DNA of 64,000 bases from Oscillospiraceae bacterium (GTDB taxonomy: Bacteria > Bacillota > Clostridia > Oscillospirales > CAG-272), in contig SVSG01000005.1 of assembly GCA_015064415.1 (NCBI GenBank), positions 29,273 to 93,272 of the forward strand, in the 5' to 3' direction. Below, one piece after another: positions 10,266 through 20,234 of this stretch. A model generated the notes under the pieces. That model had not been told where the DNA came from. It saw only the letters and a list, made by a program, of their open reading frames with translations, and made no database searches. Numbering within the stretch: position 1 is the first letter of the stretch; each line of letters opens with the position of its first letter. The position numbers and the translations under genes are program-made.

Positions 10266-13200
10266 TCAACATCGGCGGTGCTGATTCCACCGGTAACATC
10301 ATCCTTGATGGTGCTACCATCAACCTGAACAGCACCAAGGGCACCGAGGCCATCATGATCGATGCCGATGCCTCCAACAATACGGGTACGATCACGATCA
10401 AGAACGCGACGCTGAACAACAACGCCGTATGCACGGGCACCACCGCATTCGTGCGCACCGGCGAGCTGGTCAACATCGAGATCTACACGAAGGGTCTTAC
10501 CGCAAACTACAATCCCACCAACTCCTACAAGTACTCTGCTCCCTTCTTCGGAACGGGTCTTGTGTACTTCAAGGACGTTACCGGTGCTGAGGCCGATGCA
10601 ATGGCCGTTGAGCTTGGTACGGGCGTTCGCTACGGCGACGTTTACTCCGCCGCACTTTCCACCCGCATGGTCAACCTGATCCCCGTGGGCGGCTCCGGCG
10701 AGATCCACTTCCTGTGCCCTGCTTACGTTCCTACGCACATCACCATCTTCAACCGTCACGTCACTCTTGTTGGCGTTGAGAACAACACCGCTTACAATTA
10801 CTTCTACACGCCCACCGCTAACTACATGTTCTACATCCAGAACGTCGGCTCGCTGATCTTCAAGAACATGAACATTACCGGTGCAAGACCTCTGATCAAC
10901 TATCAGGCAATCGATGCCGCAACCGTTGCACAGGCAGACAGAGACATTCTGATCAGCTTCATCGCATCCAACGTGAAGATCACCGGTTCCTCCGTGCTGA
11001 TCAACTCCAACGCACACCACGGCAGCGTTGCGAACAAGAAGTGTGATACCATCACGCTCCTTATCGACAAGGATACTACCATTGACTACACGGCCAACTC
11101 CTCCGGTACGAGCACTGATATCTACTGCTTCAGCTTCAACCACAACACGCATCCCACCGTGTACGTCAATATCGAAGGTACCGTGAACTTCGCTTGTGTC
11201 GGTGCTACCGTCAGGGACGTCTTCTTCATCCGCGACAACAACCCGTCCACTACGACCGTCAACATCGCACAGACCGCGAACATCTCGCTTCGCGTCACCT
11301 CTACGGTCGGCGGCCACAAGTTCTTCGCTTCCGCAACCGGTGGTTCCGAAACCTCCAACAAGATGAACATCCATCTGGATGCCATCACCGATGAGAACGG
11401 TCTGACGATCGACAACTTCACGCTGTTCAGCCTGTACAGAGCTACCAATATGTACGATCTGTGCATCACCGCTACCACAGACAAGTGGACTGCTGAGCTG
11501 CAGAAGCTCATCGCCGTGTCGGCAGGTGCTGAGGTTCCCGCGATCGGTGCTTACGCTGAGATCGACGGCACTTACTACTACTCTTCCATCATTGGTCACT
11601 CGCTGATCTCCAAGATTACCGACGAGGCAACCGTTTACATCCTGAACGATTGCACCACCAGCAGAGAGATCGTGCTTGAGGGCATGAAGATCACCTTCAA
11701 GAGCTTCGGCGACAAGATCTACACGGTAACCAGCAACTACATCAGTGTTTCCCCGATCTTCAAGGTGCTTGGCGACGTGCATCTGGTCTTCGAGAACGTC
11801 ACCTTTGTGGCAGGTCGCTTCGCACGTATCGACGACGTGACCAAGGTTGACTCCTACTTCACGGTTGACGTGAACAAGGGCGCAAGCCTGATCGCATCCG
11901 ATCCCGCGAAGGACCCCAACTTCATCTACGGTTCCACTACCGTTGACAGACTGGTAACCATCAACATCAATGAGGGCGGTTACATGGGTCGTCCCGCATA
12001 CGACTGGGCTTCCGGCACTGCCTTCATCCTCAACTTCGACTCGCTTAAGCTGTCTCCCGGTTCTTCCGTGAACGTAGCGGGCACGATGGAGGATCTGATC
12101 AACTTCACCGCAACCTCCGGTACGAGAAAGAGTGCTATCATCCTGAACCGTACCGACTCCGACCTGACGGTCAACATTCTGCCCGGTGCTGTATTCAACT
12201 ACAACGGCGGCAGACACTCCGTCAACCAGGGTCAGGGTCTGATCAACGTTGCAGGTAAGATCAACATCTCCGGCGGTACGTTCAACATCTCCGGCACCGC
12301 AGAGGTTCTGCCGATCTTCTGGCTGAACACCGGCGCTTCCATGTACCTCACCGGTGAGATCACCATCAATGCACCTGCCCTCAAGCAGCTCTGCTACACG
12401 TACACCGCACCCACCACGATCACCGTGGACGGTGCCACCATCCTTGGTGCTGCCGCTGATAATGCGGTCACCACCAGCACGACCAACTATCCCACGCTCA
12501 AGGTCATCGACGCCACCTTCGGCAACGAGAACCTTGCATCCATGTTCGGCGGTACCGCTTGCGTAGGCGAGCTTGATGCTGAGAATCCTCTGGCTCACCG
12601 CTACGACTTCAGCTCCGCAGTCAAGATCGCACTTTCCAAGGGTATCGAGCTTGTTACCATCACCGGTAACACCATCATGAACGAGGGTATCGTTCTGAAC
12701 GGTCAGACGCTGAAGCTGATCTGCTCTGCACAGACTGCTCCCACCGTCTATGCAAGCCCCAACGTTCTGAAGGCATTCACCCTCCAGAACGGCGCAACCC
12801 TTGAGATCCGCAACATCAACTTCAACCTGAGAGCCAACACCGTTGACCGCCAGGTCGAGACCGCAGGTGTGTTCATCACCGCTGATGAGACCGCACCCAA
12901 CGGCGCTAACAATGTCCTGCTTGACAACGTCACTCTCACCGCCGGTTACGGTATTCCCTTCTACTTCGGCGGAAACACTATCGTGAACCTCACCATCAAC
13001 GGCGGTTCTTACACGGGCGGGGGTATGTTCGCTATCGGCTACACCGCTACCGAGTCCGCAACGGGCAAGGGCGACGGCGTTGACGTATTCTCCAATGCAA
13101 CCGTTCGTGTGACCATCACCGGTACTCACGACAAGCACGTTGTAATCAAGAGAACCGTTGGCGGCGACCAGAACTCCATCATCTTCGTGAATCAGACAGG

Positions 13201-16200
13201 TTCCGCTCTTGAGAACAAGGGCAAGGTTGCCTTCACCATGACTCACGTGGATCTGGATTCCTCTGCTACCAGCTATCCCATGTATCTGCGCACCAGAGCG
13301 GCTCTCACCGTGGATTACACCTGCGGTAAGATGTCCTCCACCGCTTGGTTGTTTGCAAGCCAGGCAAACTGCGCATTCTACGCAAACTTCACCGACGTTG
13401 ATATGACCAGTACCAGAACCAGCTACATCGCACGTCCTTACGGCGCAGCCGGCTCCGGTTCTTACGTCAACATCACCGGCGGTACCATTACCGGTGACAA
13501 GGTTAAGGCAACGGAATACATGCTGTCCTTCAACAATGATATCGACGTTACCCTTACCGGCGTTAAGATCGTCAGTGCCCTGGGCGCTCCCATCTTCGGT
13601 TCCGAAACCCAGACGGGTCTGTCCATCACCATTTCCGATCTTGACATCTCCGAGGCAGGCGCTCTGGTCCATGCAACCAAGACTCCTGTTCTCCACAACA
13701 ACGGTATCGTCATGGAGAATGACGCAGCTGCTATTGCTAAGGGCCTTGTCTTCCGCGTTGGTCCCGAGGGCGGCAAGTACTTCCACTCCATCGCCTCCGC
13801 TGTTGCAGCAGTGGCTGATGGCGGCGTGATCTACGTCCTTGCCAACTCCACCGAGCCCTCCAGCAACATCGCACTGAACAAGTACATCACCTTCGAGCTG
13901 GTCAACGCTCCCGCAACCGGTTACACCATCACGCACACCGGCACCGGCAATCTGTTCCTTGTGACCGATAGCACGGAAGCCGCTCCCGCACGTCTTGTCA
14001 TCAGCAACATGAAGTTCGTCAGCACCGTTGCCACCGGCGCGATCTTCGCTACCGCAGGCAATGGCTACGCCATCATCGAGCTGACCAACTGTGAGGTAAG
14101 CACCTCCAAGGGCGGTGTGTTCAACTTCAGTGGCAAGTCCTCTGCAGTTGTTACCATCAACGGTGGTTACTTCAAGGCATACTACCGTCCCGTTTACACT
14201 GTTGAAGAGTCCGCAGTTCAGTTCACCGCATCCGACGTGACCTTCGAGGGTCTGGGTGCAGGTAACGACGGTACCATCTTCTTCTTCGACAACACCAACG
14301 GTAACACCGGTGCCGTTGCGTTCCGCTTCACCGACTGTAAGATCGTCAACACGACCTCCAGCGGTCACGGTATCTACGCAATGAACACCTCCAAGGTTGA
14401 CCTTGACATGACCAACTGTACCATCAACGTACGCGGCTGGTGCTTGTCTTCTCAGTCGAACACCACCTGGCACGCAAATCTCACGAACGTCAGCTTCACC
14501 ACGAACAGTAACAACCACGCCGTAAGACTTTACGGTACCGCAGGTTCTTACCTGAACGTGATGGGTGGTACCTTCCATCAGACCGGCACTACCTCCACTA
14601 ACGAAGGCGTGCTCTCTGTTGGTAACTCCATCGTGCTGAACTTCTTCGACGGTTACATCGAATCCGACGAGATCGCATGTATCACCGCTCTCACCGCAAC
14701 CGTACAGATCAACATTTACGGCGGTACCTTCCGTTACACCGGTAACAAGGATGGCGGTGCTCCCGTAGCACTTCCCAGCCGCGGTATGATCACCGTGAAT
14801 GGCGGTAACTTCATTACCGAAAGCTCTGTCGGCCCCGTATTCAGCAACGTCGCGAACACCGCGAACTCGCTGATCCTCAACGCATTCAATGCATACGGCA
14901 ACGCTAACCTGATCACCAACCTTGGCGCAGGCACGCCCACTGCCGATCACGATGCATACGGTCGCACCTCTCTCAACACGATCGTGATGACTACGGGTGC
15001 AACTCCCATCCTTACCGAGGGTGCTGCGGGTCTTGGCTTCAAGGCATCTCTCAGCGCTAACGCTTACGCTTACCTCACCGGTCTTGCAGTTGACCGCGTT
15101 GTCAAGTTCGGTATGCTGGTCATCCCGACCGAAGAGCTTGATGAAACCAGATTCAACCACTACGGTTTCCAGACCGCAGGTCTTGTTGAAGGTGTCGATT
15201 ACTTCGACATCAAGGCAGGCGAGTCCGATGTCACTCTGGCAGACGACGGTTGCGTCGTGGTGAAGCTGGCTCTCACCGGCATCTCCGAGGCAGACTACAG
15301 CACCGCTTACTCCGTGGTATTCTACGCATCCTACGATGTGAACTTCGAGCTCAACGGCGAGCTTATAAGCACTCATAACGTGTACCAGTACGCTGATTAT
15401 GAGAGAAGCGAGAACTCCAGAAGCCTTGCACAGGTTGCACGTGCCGCTTATAACGACACCTCCGCAACGCAGGACTCCTACTACGTCAACCCCGTAGAAA
15501 ACACCGCACTCTACAGCCACTACACCACCGAGGAGCTGGCTCAGCTGGCTATCTTCTGTGGCGGCGATACCACTCAGCAGACCCTGGATATCTTCCTTGT
15601 TGCAGGCGGCTCCAACGCTGTCGGTAACACCGTATACGGCGACGCATTTGCTTCCGCGTTCGATCAGAACAGCATCTCCTCCAACGTATTCTACTCCGGC
15701 ATGATCTGTGATTACGCCGCTCAGACTTACGGCGCGACGACGCTGAACTTCGTAACCAGCAAGTACACCGCTATCGGCTCCACTCCTGCTCTTGGCATGG
15801 GCTGGCTCGCCGACTCTATGGGTCCCGAGGTCGGTATGGCTAAGGAACTTTCCAAGTATTACAACTCCGAATCCGGCAAGTATGCCGCAATCATGAAGTA
15901 TGCATTCAACAACGTCAGCCTTGTTGACGATGCTGAGTTCTGCAACAACTTCATGCAGATGGTAGCCGATCAGATCGCTGATTACCAGTCTCAGGGCTAC
16001 AAGGTGAACGTCGTTGGCCTGTACTGGCTGCAGGGCGAGGCCGACGTTGAGAATGTAAGCGCTTACGCCGCAGCATTCAACACGATGGTATCCAACGTAC
16101 GCAGCAACCTGTCCTCCATCACCGGCGCGGATCTTTCCTCCATGCCCGTGGTTGCAGGCGAGATCGCTAACTTCCTTGGCTTCAATACCGCAGACGCTCA

Positions 16201-17194
16201 GACCGCATTTGTGACCATGCAGAACACCCTCACCTCCGTGAACGGCGTGAAGGTAGACGCAACCTCCAAGTACGTGGCTGATGCAAACGGCATCTTCGTA
16301 AATCCTGCCGACGTTCTTGCTACCGGCGAGCGCGTTGCAGCTACGTTGATCACCAGTGGTACGAACACGCTTGATCCCGACGTTTCCGCCGAGATCACCG
16401 TTCCCACCATTGAGAACACCAACGAGATCTACGATGCAGAAGGTAATCCCTTCACCGACGCAGAAGGCAATGTCATCGGCTTCACGTCTCTCGTGATGGC
16501 CGCTGCTAAGGCCCCTGCCGGCTCTACCATCAAGCTGACTGCAGATCAGACGGTATACACTTCCATCCAGTTCGTCAACTCCGACAATCTTACCATCGAC
16601 GGTAACGGTAAGGTTATCACCGTGAACGGTAACGAAGCAGGTATCATTCTGCAGAACGCGAACGTAACGTTGAACAACTTCAAGCTTGACCACAAGGGCA
16701 ATGCAGTCGCCATCATGGTCGACGAAACCTCCAGTGTCGTCATCGACGGCAACTCCTCTATCATCGCCGAGAGCACCGCAATCGAGCTGACCGGTAGAGA
16801 CTCCATGCTGACGGTGAAGAACGGCGAGTTCCAGACCAGATCCGCTAACAACTATGCAGACGCTATCATCCGCACCGTTTCCGCTCACGTCACCATCGAA
16901 GGTGGTACGTTTGTGGCAGCCGCAGGTGGCTCTTGTGTCTACATCGGTAAGCTCGCATCCGACAAGCTGACCGTTAACATCAAGGGTGGTACCTTCACCA
17001 CCATCGATGTGGTCGCTCCCGTGATGACTGCTGACGGTCTGCAGGAAGTTGACGCCAATGGCGTAGCTCTCACCGCTACTGTTCAGGCAATCGCCTTCGT
17101 AAACGAGTACGTCCTGGCAATCCTTGTCATTTCTCCCGACGCCGTGGTTAACTCCAGCATCGTTTCCAACAATGCCGGTATCGGCCAGAACTGA
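10236..17194 (+). CDS. Giant protein, C-terminal part (beta-helix modules, unnamed domain, SASA/SGNH-like domain, final beta-rich module)
   Basis: The frame of ORF 10355-17194 is open back to 10160 and reads GSSTGYVVLINIGGADSTGNIILDGATINLN with the same codon bias from about 10238. It contains copies of modules seen in the first frame and has no signal peptide at 10355. Confidence 0.85.
15584..16360 (+). other. Sialate O-acetylesterase (SASA/CE6, SGNH)-like domain within the giant protein, probably inactive
   Basis: Motifs DIFLVAGGSNAVG (cf. GQSN), GPEVGMAKEL, GLYWLQGEAD (cf. WxQGEsD) and PVVAGEI are present; the DxxH position reads NGIF. Confidence 0.8.
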
Positions 17195-17248
17195 TTTGGT
17201 CACCAAGAAATCGTTTTGAAACGATTGTCAGCTAAATAAAATTTAGCG

Positions 17249-17280
17249 AACACCCCCGCCAATCGGCGGGGGTGTTTTTT
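17249..17280 (+). terminator. Rho-independent terminator after the giant gene
   Basis: AACACCCCCGCC-aatc-GGCGGGGGTGTT followed by a T run. Confidence 0.9.
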
Positions 17281-17300
17281 CCCTTTCTTTAGAAAACCAC

Positions 17301-17328
17301 TTGACAATTTTTTTTAATGTGTTATAAT
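17301..17328 (+). promoter_or_regulatory. sigmaA promoter of the T-box leader
   Basis: TTGACA (17301-17306), 16 bp spacer, TATAAT (17323-17328) with extended -10 TG. Confidence 0.85.
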
Positions 17329-17348
17329 GTTGTAGTAAGATTATAAGC

Positions 17349-17613
17349 CCACGAAAGAAGGTTATCCGCCTTACGTCTCACCGCAAAAAGTGCCGCCATC
17401 ACTTGCAAGCGGCCGTGCGAGGGGATGCGGTATTTCCCTTTGAAGTGGATGCAGGAAAACCCCGTTTTCGGGCAGGTAGTTGCATACGGCAGGCACCGTT
17501 ACCCACCAACAGACCTTGTGTGTCGAGTGTTGCCCGACGGGCTTCCATTCGGGTGGTACCGCGAGCGACCTTTCGCCTCGTCCTGATTTATTCGGGATGG
17601 AGGTTCTTTTTTT
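17349..17613 (+). ncRNA. T-box riboswitch (transcriptional), specifier probably Phe
   Basis: Stem I base CCAC-gaa-AGAAGG ... CCTT-tgaa-GTGG (17349-17448); stem II; CCGTTA (17496-17501); T-box GGGTGGTACCGCG (17551-17563) pairing with CTCGTCCTGA (17577-17586); competing terminator 17576-17613 with T run. Confidence 0.9.
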
Positions 17614-17645
17614 ACTTGAAACAAAGGAAAGGATAAATAGACAAA

Positions 17646-17846
17646 ATGGAAAAAGAAAAAGTAGCCCGCATCAACGAGCTGGCGCACCTTTCCAAGGAGC
17701 GTACGCTTACGGATGCGGAAAAAGCGGAGCAGGCCGCGCTTCGTGCGGAATATATTGCCGAGATCCGTGCTTCCTTCGGCGGCATGCTGGAGAACACGGT
17801 GATCGAGCGTCCTGACGGCACGCGAGAAAAGCTGCCGAAAAAATAA
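17646..17846 (+). CDS. DUF896 / YnzC-family small protein
   Basis: ARINELAHLSKERTLTDAEKAEQAALRAEYI signature; 66 aa. Confidence 0.85.
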   Translation: MEKEKVARINELAHLSKERTLTDAEKAEQAALRAEYIAEIRASFGGMLENTVIERPDGTREKLPKK

Positions 17847-17864
17847 CGAAAAAGGAGGGGTTTG

Positions 17865-18317
17865 ATGGAACCCGTAAAGTTATATACCGCAAGCCCCGAT
17901 GACACTGAGCGCGTGGGCGCTGAGCTTGCGGAAAAGCTGCTTGCTGACAGCGCGCTCCCCCGTTATATCGCACTTTACGGCGATCTCGGCGTGGGAAAAA
18001 CTGCCTTTGTACGGGGAGTGGCAAGTGTGCTGTGCCCCGGTGCGGCGGTGCGCTCCCCCACCTTTGCCCTTGTGAACGAATACCGCGGCAAGCTGCCGAT
18101 CTTCCACTTCGACATGTACCGCATCACGGATGAGGACGATCTGTATTCGATCGGATATGACGATTACCTTTTGCGCGACGGCGTGATCCTGGTGGAATGG
18201 AGTGAAAATATCCCTTATGCCCTGCCTGAGCACTATTTGCGCGTAACGATCACCAAAAATGACCCAAAAGCGCCGGAAAGCCGCGAAATTTTGATGGAGG
18301 AGGTATCTTTATGCTGA
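17865..18317 (+). CDS. tsaE: tRNA t6A37 biosynthesis ATPase TsaE
   Basis: LYGDLGVGKT Walker A, SPTFALVNEY, HFDMYR, LVEW; RBS AAGGAGG. Confidence 0.95.
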   Translation: MEPVKLYTASPDDTERVGAELAEKLLADSALPRYIALYGDLGVGKTAFVRGVASVLCPGAAVRSPTFALVNEYRGKLPIFHFDMYRITDEDDLYSIGYDDYLLRDGVILVEWSENIPYALPEHYLRVTITKNDPKAPESREILMEEVSLC

Positions 18318-19006
18318 TACTGGCTTTGGACAGCACCGCCATTGTTGCAAGCGTGGCACTTTGCCGTGACGAGCGTGTGATCGCCTCCTTCACCGTGAAA
18401 AACGGCAACACGCACAGCGAAACGCTCTTACCGATGGTAGAGGCGGTATTGAGATCCGCCAATCTGAAGATCGAGGATATCGATCTGTTTGCCTGCAGCG
18501 TGGGCCCCGGCTCCTTTACCGGTGTGCGCATCGGCACGGCAACCGTGAAGGGGCTTGCTTTTGGACAAAATAAAAACTGCATCGGCGTTTCCACGCTGGA
18601 AGCACTTGCAGAGAATCTGTTTCCCTTTGACGGGATCATCTGCCCCGTCATGAACGCCCGTCGCGGTCAGGTCTACAACGCGCTGTTCCGCTGTGAAAAC
18701 GGTACGCTTATCCGCCTTTGCGAGGACCGTGCGCTCTCGGTAGCAGACCTTGCCGCCGAGCTTGCCGAAGCGGGACTTCCCTTTGCCCTTTGCGGCGACG
18801 GTGTAGAGGAATTCAAGCGTCTTGCGCCCAATTCCGTCCCTGTGAGCGTCTCTGCGCTTTTGGAGGATCAATCTGCCGTCTCGGTCGCAAAGGTCGCTTT
18901 GCGCCGCGCAAATGCGGGCGAGAGCGGCACGGACTCAGCGCTTGTACCCGTTTATCTGCGCATGCCGCAGGCAGAACGCGAAAGACTGGAAAAATTAAAA
19001 CAATAA
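18311..19006 (+). CDS. tsaB: tRNA t6A37 biosynthesis subunit TsaB
   Basis: LILALDST, HSETLLP, GPGSFTGVRIG, NARRGQVY, PVYLRMPQAER. Confidence 0.95.
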   Translation: MLILALDSTAIVASVALCRDERVIASFTVKNGNTHSETLLPMVEAVLRSANLKIEDIDLFACSVGPGSFTGVRIGTATVKGLAFGQNKNCIGVSTLEALAENLFPFDGIICPVMNARRGQVYNALFRCENGTLIRLCEDRALSVADLAAELAEAGLPFALCGDGVEEFKRLAPNSVPVSVSALLEDQSAVSVAKVALRRANAGESGTDSALVPVYLRMPQAERERLEKLKQ

Positions 19007-19030
19007 ATCCTTCCCTGAAAGGAGCATATC

Positions 19031-19483
19031 ATGAAAAAACTGATTATCGGATGTGACCACGCCGCCCCCGAGCTGAAAAACATTGTGCGCGACCATCTGA
19101 TCGCGCGCGGCTTTGACGTGGAGGACGTGGGCGTACACACCACAGATAGCTGTCATTACCCCGATATTGCGCGCAAGGTTTGCGAAAAGGTGCAAAACGG
19201 CGAGCGCGAAATGGGGATTCTTGTGTGCGGCACGGGCATCGGCATGTCGATGGCCGCCAACAAGCACACGGGCATCCGTGCTGCCTGCTGCTCGGACACC
19301 TTCAGCGCGCGCCTGACGCGTGCACACAATAACGCCAACGTGCTGTGCTTCGGCGCACGCGTGGTGGGTGCGGGTCTTGCCCTTGATCTGGTGGACGCCT
19401 TTGTGGACACCGCGTTTGAGGGCGGCAAGCACCAGACTCGCGTCGATATGGTGATGCAGATCGAGCGCGAGCAAAAAGCGTGA
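19031..19483 (+). CDS. rpiB: Ribose-5-phosphate isomerase B
   Basis: GCDHA, CGTGIGMSMAANK, HNNANVLCFGAR, FEGGKH. Confidence 0.95.
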   Translation: MKKLIIGCDHAAPELKNIVRDHLIARGFDVEDVGVHTTDSCHYPDIARKVCEKVQNGEREMGILVCGTGIGMSMAANKHTGIRAACCSDTFSARLTRAHNNANVLCFGARVVGAGLALDLVDAFVDTAFEGGKHQTRVDMVMQIEREQKA

Positions 19484-19484
19484 T

Positions 19485-20234
19485 ATGCTGAGCTTTTCTA
19501 CCGTTGCCGACGTCCTGCGCGCGACCGCAGGAACGGATATGGCACCCGCCACCTCCGCCGTGATCGTGGCGGCTGGTAGCTCCACTCGCATGGGAAAGGG
19601 CGTTTCCAAGCAATTACTGAAGCTCGCGGGCGTGCCCGTTCTGGCGCGCACCCTACGCGCCTTTCAGCAATCCGGCTATATCGACGAGATCGTGGTCGTC
19701 TCTCGCCCCGAGGACATGCGCGAGATCAGCGAGCTCCTGACGAAATACGGCATCACCAAGCCCGTACGCCTTGTGGCAGGCGGTGCCACGCGTGCCGACT
19801 CCGTCAAGCGCGGCTTTGCCGCCATCAGCAAAAAAGCCAAATATGTGGCCATTCACGACGGCGCACGTTGCCTTATCACCCCCGCAATGATCAAAAAGGT
19901 GCTGCGCGCGGCATATCTGCACCGCGCGGCCACGGCCGCCTGCACGGTCACGGACACGGTAAAGATCGCCACCAAGCGCGGCTTTATCGAGCGCACCGAA
20001 GACCGCGAGCGCGTGTGGCTGGCGCAAACGCCGCAGGTGTTTCACACCAACCTTTACCGCGCGGCGCTGGCAAACGTCAAGGACAACACCCTGACCGACG
20101 ATAACCAGTTGATCGAGGCGATCGGTTATCCCGTCAAGCTGGTGGATTGCGGCGCAGAAAACCTCAAGATCACAAGACCCGAGGACCTGCCCCGCGCCGA
20201 GGCAATTCTTGCTGCAAGGAGGGCCAAAAAATGA
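19485..20234 (+). CDS. ispD: 2-C-methyl-D-erythritol 4-phosphate cytidylyltransferase
   Basis: [39 protein letters not shown]. Confidence 0.95.
   Translation: MLSFSTVADVLRATAGTDMAPATSAVIVAAGSSTRMGKGVSKQLLKLAGVPVLARTLRAFQQSGYIDEIVVVSRPEDMREISELLTKYGITKPVRLVAGGATRADSVKRGFAAISKKAKYVAIHDGARCLITPAMIKKVLRAAYLHRAATAACTVTDTVKIATKRGFIERTEDRERVWLAQTPQVFHTNLYRAALANVKDNTLTDDNQLIEAIGYPVKLVDCGAENLKITRPEDLPRAEAILAARRAKK

Noticed and set aside
315-14900. Diversity-generating retroelement TR/VR pair among the internal repeats
   Set aside because: The repeats are in-frame protein paralogs diverged at all bases, not adenine-specific, and no reverse transcriptase is in the window.
10181-17206. 2341-aa antisense ORF over the second half of the giant gene
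   Set aside because: It lies codon-for-codon opposite the sense frame and stays open because the sense gene avoids TTA, CTA and TCA. It has no RBS or domain-like content and ends close to where the sense frame shifts.
17403-17815. Short ORFs 17403-17636 and 17480-17815 as leader peptides
   Set aside because: They have TTG starts without an RBS and overlap the structured T-box leader.
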